DNA from: Candidatus Latescibacterota bacterium
GTDB taxonomy: Bacteria > Krumholzibacteriota > Krumholzibacteriia > WVZY01
DNA length: 64,000 nt
Reading direction: 5' to 3'
NCBI GenBank assembly: GCA_963791045.1
Contig: CAWBQK010000006.1
Coordinates: 347,656 to 411,655, forward strand
Shown here: piece by piece, positions 37,886 through 48,107 of the stretch
Numbering within the stretch: the stretch's first letter is position 1
How the letters are laid out: each line of letters opens with the position of its first letter
The notes under the pieces: generated by a model
Databases searched by the model: none
The model's input: only the letters and a program-made list of their open reading frames with translations
What the model was told of the DNA's origin: nothing
Translations under genes and position numbers: made by a program

Positions 37886-40450
37886 TTATTTAATGGTGAT
37901 GCGGGCGGCGTGGATGCCCTGGTAGCTGTCGTCGTCAAAGAAATAGTCGCGCAGCCAGTGTGTCGGTTGGTGCTTCATCTCCAGAAGTTTGACATAGACA
38001 TCGTACTCGCCCGGTGCGGCGTTCGAAGGGATCCGGAGGCTGGTTTCGTCGAGGACGAAATCGCCGGCGTTCCATGTGTCCGGGCTCAGGAACCCATTTC
38101 GGATCTTGTGGTACTCGCTGAATCGGTATCGCCGACCGGTAAACTTCTCTTTGAACTTGCGCATAATTTTTGGGAACGGTTTCCCGGCAAATGGGAGTTG
38201 GGGGCTTGCGTGGTCGAAGCGTACGGCCACCATGTAGTTTCGGAAGTGATACTCCGATGATCCCGACCACACCAGCTCGATGCCGAGGGGATCGCCCTCT
38301 TCCAGGGTCGCGCCGTTCAGTCTGATTCCCTCGAGGGTTGCCTTTCCGGCCGCAAGCCCGATCGATTCGAAGTCGTGAGGAAGAGAGTCGAGAACAAACG
38401 GGCGGTCGAAGGATTCCGCCTCGCCGCCCTGAATCCCCGTCCACCGGTAAACGACGAACGCCTCGTCATCGCTAATTGGCTCGAAAATATCGGGGCGGCT
38501 GTCGAACTTGGCGCGAATCGATGGAAACATATCCGCCGTCATTGCCCAGTACTCGAGCCTGAGTCCCCGTGGGAATCTATTGTTGATGACGACGTGTGTT
38601 CCGCGATTGGTTTCGAGAAGTTTTGCCGCGTGCGCCACCGATGTGTAGGGGCTCATGATGTCACGCGCCGAACGCATCCGCTCTTCGAGGTGGACGTCAT
38701 TTGGAGGCGCATGCTGGTCGAATGTACACACGACGTGGTTTGGCGTGAATGCCGTGACCGAGTAAGCGGTCAACGGGTCGGAGGCGATAACCCATTTGTC
38801 GCCGTCCATCGGTGTTAGGGCCGCCAGGTCATCCTTCCACAAGAGATAACTGTTAGCGCGTTCGGACTGGATAACGGACGGCGTGAATGTGTTTTTGCCA
38901 AAGACCGGTTTGAGGCCCAAAATGACCGCGATAATCGCGACGAACGCAAGGCCCCATGTGAACGGACGCAGAAGCCGCTTATCTGATTTCAATGATGAGA
39001 ACGACAATAAGAAGTACGCGGCGACAAAATAGAACGGACACAGGTTGTTCAACCGCGCGATCAAATACGTCATGGCGTTCCGGACCGGGGGCAGGAGAAC
39101 GGGGTTGAACAAAACGAGAATCACTGTCAGCGATGCCGCAAACGCGTACCCGAGGAACGCGTGTCTTTTTCTGGAGATCCACAGCGGTATGATCGCAATT
39201 AGAGACACAATGCCGACGGGGCCAAACCACTTGTAAACCTGGAGTGGATCGGCGATATAAAGGTGTTGAGTAATAAAGACGACACCCTGGACTTCGCCGT
39301 GGAGTTCATTCGCCCGCGGGAATGCCGTCAGATAACGGAAGAGTCCGTAGGGAAGCATCCCCAACACGACAATCGCGCCAAGAAGAAGGACTCTCTGGAA
39401 GTGGGTTCTGCCGTTGTTTTGTGGGAAGCAGACCTTCCAGATGAGAATCGTAACCCCGGCAAGTCCGACGAGTATTCCAAAAAAGACATGCGTGGCGGCC
39501 GCCGCAAAACCAAAGATGGCCGCGGGGATGAGGTCGCGTTTATTTCCAGTGGTCAGGAATGAAAGCCCGAAGGCGAGAACATAAAGAAAAAAGAGGGTTC
39601 CAAAACGATGTGAGTAGAATGACTGGCGGATCATCGTGCCGCCGAAGCCTTCATCAAGCGCGATAAGAAAAAGCGCCGCCGAGAGAACGGCGATCTTGCG
39701 GTCGCCAAAGAAAAGAATGCCCGTTGAGTATACGCAGAGAAGAAGCAGGACTGCGAACACCGCGTTTATCGCGGTGAGAAAAGCCAGGGGGGCGAGTCCG
39801 AGATAGCCAGCGGAGTACCCGTAGAAAACGTGGAGCAGGCCCTTGCGGAGGTCTTCTCCGTTCGCGCCGGGGTCCGCATAAAATGCCGTCCGCGGGAACA
39901 GCTCTCCCGTGTCCCGGATTTCGGTGACATACGCGATGTGGTCCAGGGCGTCCGATGTAAATCCGATGGGCGGGCCGCTGCGGAGCACGAGAACAAAAAC
40001 GGCGACGAGAAGCACGGCGAACATTCCGATCAGTAAGCGGTCTCCCCGGCTCATTACCTTCGGTTCTTCTCTGGATGGAGACGGATGATCGAGAAATCCC
40101 CACGCGGCGACGAGGATCATGACGGCGGGGAGCGCCGAGGTGAGCGTCCCCAGGGATAACTTCCCCAATACGGCGGCAAAGGCAAGACCCAAAAAGAGCG
40201 CGAGCCCGAATGCCGCCGCGGCGGTGATGTTGGCCAGGAAATCGGTTTTGTCCGGGATAATCCGGTCGCGGATGATTATTCCGGGGAGCACAATCGTATA
40301 AAGGAGTAAAAAAGGAATCCCGAGGACGGCCGAGACGGTGGATAGATCTTGCCAGGGAATTATATAATAGAGAGGGGTGAGGAGAACAATCAGTCCGGCA
40401 ACCGGCCGTTGGCCGGTCAAAAACCGATTCTTAAGGCTCCCTTTTTGCAT
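37886..40450 (-). CDS. Large polytopic membrane protein, putative GT-C fold glycosyltransferase (start uncertain)
   Basis: Many TM helices, loop motif SDALDH, soluble C-terminal domain (LSPDTWNAGDFVLDE...APGEYDV); lies next to GT4 genes. Confidence 0.65.
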   Translation of the reverse strand: MQKGSLKNRFLTGQRPVAGLIVLLTPLYYIIPWQDLSTVSAVLGIPFLLLYTIVLPGIIIRDRIIPDKTDFLANITAAAAFGLALFLGLAFAAVLGKLSLGTLTSALPAVMILVAAWGFLDHPSPSREEPKVMSRGDRLLIGMFAVLLVAVFVLVLRSGPPIGFTSDALDHIAYVTEIRDTGELFPRTAFYADPGANGEDLRKGLLHVFYGYSAGYLGLAPLAFLTAINAVFAVLLLLCVYSTGILFFGDRKIAVLSAALFLIALDEGFGGTMIRQSFYSHRFGTLFFLYVLAFGLSFLTTGNKRDLIPAAIFGFAAAATHVFFGILVGLAGVTILIWKVCFPQNNGRTHFQRVLLLGAIVVLGMLPYGLFRYLTAFPRANELHGEVQGVVFITQHLYIADPLQVYKWFGPVGIVSLIAIIPLWISRKRHAFLGYAFAASLTVILVLFNPVLLPPVRNAMTYLIARLNNLCPFYFVAAYFLLSFSSLKSDKRLLRPFTWGLAFVAIIAVILGLKPVFGKNTFTPSVIQSERANSYLLWKDDLAALTPMDGDKWVIASDPLTAYSVTAFTPNHVVCTFDQHAPPNDVHLEERMRSARDIMSPYTSVAHAAKLLETNRGTHVVINNRFPRGLRLEYWAMTADMFPSIRAKFDSRPDIFEPISDDEAFVVYRWTGIQGGEAESFDRPFVLDSLPHDFESIGLAAGKATLEGIRLNGATLEEGDPLGIELVWSGSSEYHFRNYMVAVRFDHASPQLPFAGKPFPKIMRKFKEKFTGRRYRFSEYHKIRNGFLSPDTWNAGDFVLDETSLRIPSNAAPGEYDVYVKLLEMKHQPTHWLRDYFFDDDSYQGIHAARITIK

Positions 40451-40594
40451 AATATAGCCGGGACTCGCGAGTACGATACCTGGCGCGAGTCTTATAAACG
40501 TAGAAATAACAACCGTTTTGACTTTATACCATAGAACACAGTGTGATAGCATCCTAAATTTGAAGGACACAAACGGACCCGTTTTCGAAAAATA

Positions 40595-41737
40595 ATGAAG
40601 ATTTGTATCGTATCACCCAACTTCCCACTGTATTTCCGACGCGACAGGACCGCTAAGTTTGCCGGCGCCGAAGTGCAGGCGGTTTTTCTTGCCGGTGCGC
40701 TTCGGGACGCCGGACACGAGCTTACGGTCGCCGTCGCCAATCAGCGCCCCCGTGAGTCGTTTCCGCACAAGGTCGCGAACGCGTACCGTTCCGAGGACGG
40801 TCTTCCCGTGGTTCGTTTTTTTCATCCGCGAATGACTGGGATGCAGCGAGTATTCCGGGAAGTCAACGCGGATGTGTATTACCAGCGAAATGCATCGATG
40901 CTCACGGGTGCGACGGCGCTTTTCTGTAAACGACAGGGACGGGTATTTGTCTATGGCGCCGGGAGCAATACGGATTTTTCATTTCGTGAAGCGAGAATGG
41001 ACAGTTTTCGGGACAGACTATTATTTTATCTTGGCTTGAAGCTTGCCGACGGGGTCGTGGTCCAGAATGAATATCAAAAGGAATGCTATGACGAAAGACA
41101 TTCCGCTCCGGTTCGTGTCATCCCCAACGGAGTGAATGTTCCGGCGGATGAGGTTCCGGGGGGGCGGGAACTGATAGTGTGGGTTGGCGGTATCAGGAAG
41201 ATAAAACAACCTGAATTGTATCTCGAACTCGCACGCCGGCTGCCGGCCCATAGATTTGTTTTGATCGGTGGTGGGTCGGGTGTCGAACCCGAATTCGAAC
41301 GGCAGATCATCTCCGACGCAGGAGGAATCGAAAACCTCCAGCTCACCGGGCACCTTTCGCATGACGAAACGCGCGAGTATCTGGGGCACGCGGCAATCCT
41401 CGTAAATACGTCGCACGTGGAGGGCTTCCCAAACGCATATCTCGAGGCGTGGAGCCGGGGGGTTCCCGTGGTGTCTTTCAATGACGTCGATGGGCTCGTC
41501 GCGAGAGAACGGCTCGGAGTGATATGCCGGGGAATTGACGAGATGGAAACGGCCGTTCGTGCCGCGCTCGAAGATGCTCCCGGCGCCGTCGAGACGGGAA
41601 AGCGAGCGCGTAAACTGGTGGCCGAACGATTTTCCGGCCCCGTCCTTGCGGCGAGATACGTCGAGTTCTTCGAAGAACTCATCGCGCGCAACCAGAGAGC
41701 CAGAAAACGAATCAAAAAAAGCGACACCGCGGGATAA
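40595..41737 (+). CDS. Glycosyltransferase family 4
   Basis: GAEVQ, VIPNGV, WVGGIRKIKQP, EGFPNAYLEAW. Confidence 0.92.
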   Translation: MKICIVSPNFPLYFRRDRTAKFAGAEVQAVFLAGALRDAGHELTVAVANQRPRESFPHKVANAYRSEDGLPVVRFFHPRMTGMQRVFREVNADVYYQRNASMLTGATALFCKRQGRVFVYGAGSNTDFSFREARMDSFRDRLLFYLGLKLADGVVVQNEYQKECYDERHSAPVRVIPNGVNVPADEVPGGRELIVWVGGIRKIKQPELYLELARRLPAHRFVLIGGGSGVEPEFERQIISDAGGIENLQLTGHLSHDETREYLGHAAILVNTSHVEGFPNAYLEAWSRGVPVVSFNDVDGLVARERLGVICRGIDEMETAVRAALEDAPGAVETGKRARKLVAERFSGPVLAARYVEFFEELIARNQRARKRIKKSDTAG

Positions 41738-41760
41738 CTCTAATTACGGATGAGCATCAA

Positions 41761-42909
41761 ATGAGCGGGTGCGGGAAAAAACACAACATACTGATCCTCG
41801 AGAACTACTTCTCGATGGGCGGGCTCGAAAAGAAACTATACGATTTTGTGGCCCGAATCGACCGGGATCACTTTCGTGTCGTGGTGTGCTGTCTCAAGGA
41901 GGGCGGCCACTTCAAGGATGCGTTTATCGATCTGGGGGTGCCGTTCTACGAGGGACTTCTGAAGTCCAAATACGATATCTTTGCCTATCAACGGCTGCTC
42001 CGGATTCTGAAAACCGAGAGTATCGACCTGGTCTACACGCTCCCGCATCCGAACAGCATGATATTTTCGGCAATGGCGCGGCGAACAAACCGCGTAAAAG
42101 CGACTGTCGTGTCTGTCCACGGGACCGGCGGCCCCATGGGGGGGAGGATGGTGCGCGGGTATCTGAGGCCGATATTCAGCGGCATCGATCGGTTTATCGC
42201 CGTGGCCAACGAGCACAAGAGATACCTCATGGATGTGGAGGGCCTCGATGAGTCCAAGATCGTCGTGATCCACAACGGCGTGGATGTGGAGAGGTATCAT
42301 CCCGGGGCTCCGGACGCAACGCTCAAAGACGTGTTCGGAATCGACGAGAATGAACGAGTCGTTGTGACCGTCGCTTCGCTCAACCCCTATAAGGGCATTG
42401 ATGTGTTTCTTCGCGGCGCCGCCGAGGTTCTTCGAAGCGCGCCGGATACGCGTTTTATCATTGTCGGCGACGGCCCCGAGCGTCCGTCGCTCGAGAGCTT
42501 TGCGGCCGATCTGGGGATTGCCGAGCGTGTTACGTTCACCGGTATCCGCTCGGATGTCGACGCGATTCTCAGGCTGGGGTGTGTTTTCGTCCTCCCCTCG
42601 CGAACCGAAGCGTTCCCGAATGTTATCCTCGAGGCAATGGCGACGGGGCTCCCCGTCGTGTCGACCGATGTGGGTAGTGTGGGCGAACTTGTTTTTGACG
42701 ATGAGACCGGTATCAAGATCCCCGTGGATGATGCGTCGGCGTTAAGCGGAGCGGTCGGCGACCTTCTTGCCGACCAGGAGAAAGCAGAACGCTGGGGGAC
42801 AAACGGCCGGCGAATGGTCGAGGAGAAATTCCGTATCGAAGGAATGTGCGACAAGCGCGAACATCTCTTTGGCGATCTGTTGTGTGGCGACGAGAGAAGG
42901 GAAGGATAA
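41761..42909 (+). CDS. Glycosyltransferase family 4
   Basis: GGLEK, IHNGVD, KGIDVF, VGDGPER, EAFPNVILEAMATG. Confidence 0.93.
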   Translation: MSGCGKKHNILILENYFSMGGLEKKLYDFVARIDRDHFRVVVCCLKEGGHFKDAFIDLGVPFYEGLLKSKYDIFAYQRLLRILKTESIDLVYTLPHPNSMIFSAMARRTNRVKATVVSVHGTGGPMGGRMVRGYLRPIFSGIDRFIAVANEHKRYLMDVEGLDESKIVVIHNGVDVERYHPGAPDATLKDVFGIDENERVVVTVASLNPYKGIDVFLRGAAEVLRSAPDTRFIIVGDGPERPSLESFAADLGIAERVTFTGIRSDVDAILRLGCVFVLPSRTEAFPNVILEAMATGLPVVSTDVGSVGELVFDDETGIKIPVDDASALSGAVGDLLADQEKAERWGTNGRRMVEEKFRIEGMCDKREHLFGDLLCGDERREG

Positions 42910-42961
42910 CACGCAATCTAGTTGGTCGGTCCGTACACTCCGTCGGCGGGCGTGGCAGGTT

Positions 42962-45058
42962 TTATTCTCCAATTGAAATCTCACGCCATGAAAGAAGTCC
43001 CGGCTGGGAGTCGGGCTCGGGTTTGATTTCAAAACCGAAGGGCACGCTCCTGTCCAGAATCGACGGGTCGTACTGCGCGATACATTGCCCGGTCAAGCGG
43101 ACGCCCTGAGAGAAGATCGACCCTTCATGATAACAAAGCACCGGGAGCGAATAGCCCCGCTCGTTGAAAAAACCGCCGTAATCCTCGCCGAGAACAACCG
43201 ACCCGAAAACCCCGTCGTTGTTGATATCAATATTAAATCGTCCCTTTGACACACGGATCACCGGGCGGTTGGTGATGTCGATTGTCTTTACAAGATCAAA
43301 CATGTCGCCATCGTCATTCAGGTCGATTCGAAGAAGTGTCTCGTCAAAGACATCCGTTTCGGTCCGGCTCAGTTCTTCGTCGAAGATGAAGGGATCGCCT
43401 CGGTGCCCGCCGCGTCCATTGATGCGCACGTCGGTCTCGGCATAGACGAGCCCGCGAATCAATGTGACGGCCTCATCTCCGACATCCCCCGCATAACAGG
43501 CAAATCCCGCGCCCCTCGGCTGGATGTCGATGCTTGCCGCGGCGATAATCGCGGGGAAGTTCGTCATCGCGTGAGCGGTTTCGGGTTCGAGGAACGCCAG
43601 CGTCTGTTTGTCTGTTCCCGAGCGATTGTATTGATGTCGCCAAACGTAGTTGCCGTCGTTGAGGTCCGAGCGGTGGGTGATCATCAGGTGCATTCGTGTC
43701 GGCCCTCCTATCACGAATGACCCTTCCTTGGGAAAATTTTCGATTACCGTGCTGCCGCCCGGGATGGTTACGGTTTTCGAAGGCCACCGGTACGGGTCGC
43801 CTTCAGCGATAACGATTGAGCCGTGGACGACAAGATTGGTTTGGATATTTCCGATGTCGAGTTCGGAATCGTCGATATAGAAGATGCCCGAAATGACGAT
43901 GGCCGGAGTCTCGCCGGCGCCCGCACAGGTGGGACATGAGACGTCGTTGTCGGGACCGATTTGGGAATCGCCGGCGCATCGAAAGCACATGACGCCGACC
44001 TGACGCTGTGAATTGATCCAGCCGAGAAACTTCTCCGCGGACGCGAAGTAGTGGCCGTCTCCGTCCCCCGGGATTGCATAGAAAAAGTGGGGTGTGGGCG
44101 GCGGATACGACGCCAGCCCGGTTACGAGTTCATAGAATGCGCGAAAATCCGGACGCGGGTCGATGATCGGTTCCGGCCTGGAAACGCCGACATCGACCGG
44201 CTGGGTTCCGTCGGCGATGCGGATGTCGGTTTCTGTGTCAACAAGTCCACGCCCGTCGGAGACGACCCCGATGGCCGCGCCGACCAGAGCCGATGTCTTG
44301 CTCACATACATATCGTCGAGATCCCCATCGTGGTTGAGGTCGATTCCCTCGCTCCATTCGCTGAGATCCTCGAAATCCTTGATTTCACCAAACGCCCCGA
44401 CGGTGATTCCATTCGCTCGCACCGAGCCGTGGATAACTGCGGGGCCCGCTGTGTGCGACGTCCCGACGATGATGTTTCCCGCGGTGGTGACTCGTCCGTA
44501 CACGGCGTTTGCCCCGTCGATATCAATCGAGCCGTCATTTTGCGCATTATTGTGGATGTCGCCGACCACCCTCAAACCCGCTCCGTCTGGTTCGCCGATG
44601 GCGATTTCATTTCCCGCCGCGATGACATGATTGTAGGCGGTCATCGGGTCCGACCAGATCGCTTCGACGGTTTTTACGGCTCCGTCGACACGGCTGGTGA
44701 CAACGATCCGGACGAGATTCGGCGGAATGGAGGGATCGTAGATGCCGTCTCCGTCATCCGACGCATCGTACACCGTGACGTCATAGGAGCCGCGGTCGGA
44801 AGCCACCTCGGTGAATCCATCCCGCCAGCCGGGATCTCCAACGAGCGTCCGGACGGATCGGTCCAGCGCCGCCTGCGCGACGTTCAGCGCGTCGCTATCG
44901 ATGTGGCCGGCGGACTGGGGGACGATTTCATCACGGAGTGATGGCTGTTTGCGCGTGACGCTCACACGAATCACAATAATCGCCGCCACGGCTACAAACA
45001 TGATAGCCGCGGTCCAGCGTTTTAGTGTCGCAAACCGATCCTCGCGATACGGATCCAT
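42962..45058 (-). CDS. PilX-like membrane-anchored exported protein with Zn-finger and DxNxDG motifs
   Basis: N-terminal TM, ALNVAQAALD helix, GSYDVTV, VRIVVTSRV (PilX-like); CFRCAGD/CPTCAGAG; DLNHDGD, DLNDDGD, DINNDG; ends SWREI. Confidence 0.6.
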   Translation of the reverse strand: MDPYREDRFATLKRWTAAIMFVAVAAIIVIRVSVTRKQPSLRDEIVPQSAGHIDSDALNVAQAALDRSVRTLVGDPGWRDGFTEVASDRGSYDVTVYDASDDGDGIYDPSIPPNLVRIVVTSRVDGAVKTVEAIWSDPMTAYNHVIAAGNEIAIGEPDGAGLRVVGDIHNNAQNDGSIDIDGANAVYGRVTTAGNIIVGTSHTAGPAVIHGSVRANGITVGAFGEIKDFEDLSEWSEGIDLNHDGDLDDMYVSKTSALVGAAIGVVSDGRGLVDTETDIRIADGTQPVDVGVSRPEPIIDPRPDFRAFYELVTGLASYPPPTPHFFYAIPGDGDGHYFASAEKFLGWINSQRQVGVMCFRCAGDSQIGPDNDVSCPTCAGAGETPAIVISGIFYIDDSELDIGNIQTNLVVHGSIVIAEGDPYRWPSKTVTIPGGSTVIENFPKEGSFVIGGPTRMHLMITHRSDLNDGNYVWRHQYNRSGTDKQTLAFLEPETAHAMTNFPAIIAAASIDIQPRGAGFACYAGDVGDEAVTLIRGLVYAETDVRINGRGGHRGDPFIFDEELSRTETDVFDETLLRIDLNDDGDMFDLVKTIDITNRPVIRVSKGRFNIDINNDGVFGSVVLGEDYGGFFNERGYSLPVLCYHEGSIFSQGVRLTGQCIAQYDPSILDRSVPFGFEIKPEPDSQPGLLSWREISIGE

Positions 45059-45106
45059 TTGGGCGCCGCCTCCGGTGAAGTCGTGCAGTGGTGAGTTTTT
45101 TGTATT

Positions 45107-45586
45107 CTACAGGTTTGGGAGTTCCTGAACCATCCCCGATGGGGAAATCCGGATACTTTTTTGCTTGCCGTTCGGGTCGTTGAGCTCGAGAACCAACGGA
45201 ACGCCGTGATTTTCGACGGTGCCGTCCGCGGCGATTTCGATATAACCGCCGGGGTGCGTGCCGTTGGGCGTAATAGAGACCCCTTTGGGGAAACACCGCC
45301 GCTTGTCGGGTGTGTCCGGTACCCAGCGCCCGGGGGCCTGTTCGCGAAGAATCTTGCAATCGCCGGTCCCGATATCGTAGTGAATCCGGTACCGTGCGTT
45401 GCCGGCGATCGCTTTCTGACGTGTCAGAAAGATCTGGTTGCAGACCAGTTCGGTCGCTTTATCGAGACGCTGTTCTTTGGGAAAACTGAAAAATGATGGA
45501 ATGAACTCGGCGACGACGAGGACAGTAATACTGACAAACACGAAGATTTTGAGATGTCGAACGCCAGATTTGTGTGAGCGGCTCAT
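45107..45586 (-). CDS. FimT/GspH-like minor pilin with degenerate prepilin motif
   Basis: KSG-VRHLKIFVFVSITVLVVAEFIPSF then LTRQKAIA, and IRISPSGMV at the end. Confidence 0.65.
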   Translation of the reverse strand: MSRSHKSGVRHLKIFVFVSITVLVVAEFIPSFFSFPKEQRLDKATELVCNQIFLTRQKAIAGNARYRIHYDIGTGDCKILREQAPGRWVPDTPDKRRCFPKGVSITPNGTHPGGYIEIAADGTVENHGVPLVLELNDPNGKQKSIRISPSGMVQELPNL

Positions 45587-45692
45587 ATGATTTAATCTCG
45601 CGCCGTCTTGGTGATCGGCGTTTTTGTAAAGATCAACCCTCAGCGAGTCCGGGCAAACGTGGTGTCTGCGCGGCCAATTCCCGCTATGGCAA

Positions 45693-45708
45693 AGCAATTT
45701 CCATTCCT
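45693..45708 (-). promoter_or_regulatory. Possible sigma54 promoter
   Basis: Minus strand AGGAATGGAAATTGCT (GG-N10-GC, TTGCT) ~105 nt upstream of the FimT-like start. Confidence 0.4.
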
Positions 45709-46103
45709 CGCGCATAGCTGATGGCCGCCGACGGCCGCTGAGGTTTTTTGTCCGACCGGCACAGGGGCTGGCTTGTAACATATGGTTGTATAATTGGTTG
45801 CGATGCCATGCGCGCGCCTAGATGCCGGCCGGAGCCGCGCGAACGACCTGCGATCCCGTATGAAGAGTGGGTCCGGCGCGGCGAATTTTTGATCGAAGCG
45901 GCCGCCGCGGGCAATTTGCATCCCTTTGCATCGCAAAGACGTCTGCCGTCAGCAGGTTGAAAATCAGCCTCGCCGGTAGCCTCGGGCTCGGCCGATGTGC
46001 GAAGACGGCGTTGACAGACCGCACGCGGCTAATTAGTATCCCCCTTGTATTTTTTCATTCAATGCGGAATGACTGATATCGATGGGGCGAAGGGACATTC
46101 GAT

Positions 46104-48090
46104 ATGGCAGGCAGAGCGCCAAAATCCAAACCGAAGAAAAAGACCGCGGGCAAGAGCACGCGATCTCCGAAATCGACAAAGAAGACGACAGCCAAAAAAT
46201 CAAAGGCGAAGCCCTCGAAGAGGGCCAAGTCTGTGAAGAAGGCGAAGCCTGGGAGGTGAAGAGGGCGAAATCAACGAAGGGTGTGAAGGCCGTGAAGGGA
46301 AGGAAGACAACGAAGAGGGCCGCCTCCACGCGGAAGGCCGGCGGCTCGACCAAGGCGAAGTCAGGCGATGGTATAGAGGGGCTCCCGCTGTTTGATGCCG
46401 AGACCACGGCAGATACAACCACCGCCACGGCGACGTTGCCCGAACCGGAAGCGGCCGTTGCCGTGTTGCCCGAACCGGTGACTGAGACTCCGGCGCCGAG
46501 ACGTTCGAGAAAAACAAAGAACGGTTACCAGGACGCCCATTCGATCGCTCGTCGTCAGCGGGAGATCTCGATCAGCGAGTTTTTTGCAAAGAACCGACAC
46601 CTGCTTGGGTTCGACAGCCTGCCCAAGGCGCTCCTCACCGCCGTCAAAGGAAGCCGTGGACAATTCCCTCGATGCCTGTGAAGAAGCGGGTACTTCTCCC
46701 CGAACCTGCTTGTTGAGATCAAGGAGATTGGCGAGAACCGTTACACTCTTCGTGTCGAGGATTCGGGCCCGGGAATCGTCAAATCGCAGGTCCCGAAGAT
46801 ATTTGGCAAACTGCTGTACGGTTCCAAGTTTCACGTTCTCAAGCAGGCCAGGGGACAGCAGGGCATTGGGATTTCCGCGGCCGTGATGTACTCGCAGCTC
46901 ACGACGGGCAAGCCGGTCAAGGTCACGACCAGAACCGGGTCCGAAGCAGGATGCCAACGTATACGAGCTCCAGATCGACACCAAGACAAACAGCCCGATC
47001 ATTATCAAGCGAAACCAACAGGGACTGGGAGAGCCAGCACGGCACCCGGATCGAGATGGAAATCCTCGCGTCCTACAAAAAGGGTCAGACGATCGGTGGA
47101 CGCATATCTCCACCAGGTCGCGATGGCGAACCCGCACGCCCAGCTGGTGTATCGCCCTCCCCGCGGCGCCGAGATGGTGTACGAACGGCTCGACCGACGA
47201 ACTGCCGCTCGAGGCGAGGGCGATCAAACCACACCCCCATGGCGTTGAACTGGGTGTGCTTCTCGATATGCTCAAGCTGACCAAGGCCCGGAACGTAAAG
47301 GGATTTCTCGAAAGCGGAGTTTTCGCGGATGGGCGCGCGCGGCATCGCTCGATGTTCTCGAGTCGCCGGGGTCCCGCCAACGACGTCGCCGAAGAGAGTG
47401 ACCCGCGACCAGGCGGAGAGCATGATCAGCCGCCTTCGCCAAGGCGAAGATTATGAAACCGCCCACGGACTGCCTGTCTCCGATCGGTGAAGAATCTGCT
47501 GCTCAAAAGCGTCGAGCGCGAGGTGGAGCCGAAATTTCTACACCGCGGTGACACGGCCGCCCGCCGTATACCGGGGCAACCCTTTCCAGATCGAAGTGGC
47601 GCTGGCGTACGGCGGTTCAAAACTTCCCGATGACGAAATCGTCAAGCTGTACAGGTTTGCCAACCGGGCGCCGCTCATTTACCAGCAGTCCGCGTGCGCG
47701 ATTGCCAATTCGGTCGATCGGCACCGCATGGAGGAGATACGGCGTCTCGCAGTCCCGCGGCGCGCTGCCGTCGGGTCCGCTGCTCATCGTCGTTCATATC
47801 GCTTCCGCGTGGGTTCCGTTTACATCGGAGAGCAAGGAGGCGATCGCCCACTACCCGGAGATCATAAAGGAAATCAAGCTGGCGCTGCAGGAGTGCGGCC
47901 GCCGCCTGGCCCGTTACATACGAAGAGGCGCGAAGGAGCGTGAAGAGGCGAAGAAACGTTCGTATATCGAACAGTACATTCCTCATATCGGGATGGCGCT
48001 CAGAGAAATCCTGTTCTTCTGAGCGAACGCGAAGAACAGCGTGTCGTCGAAAAACTCAGAACAACTCTCGAGAAGAGCCGGAAATTCTGA
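46104..48090 (+). CDS. top6B: DNA topoisomerase VI subunit B with Lys-rich N-terminal extension; many frameshifts
   Basis: Read across frames: [107 protein letters not shown]; stop TGA 48088-48090. Confidence 0.93.
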
Positions 48091-48107
48091 TTCGGAGAGG
48101 AATCACC

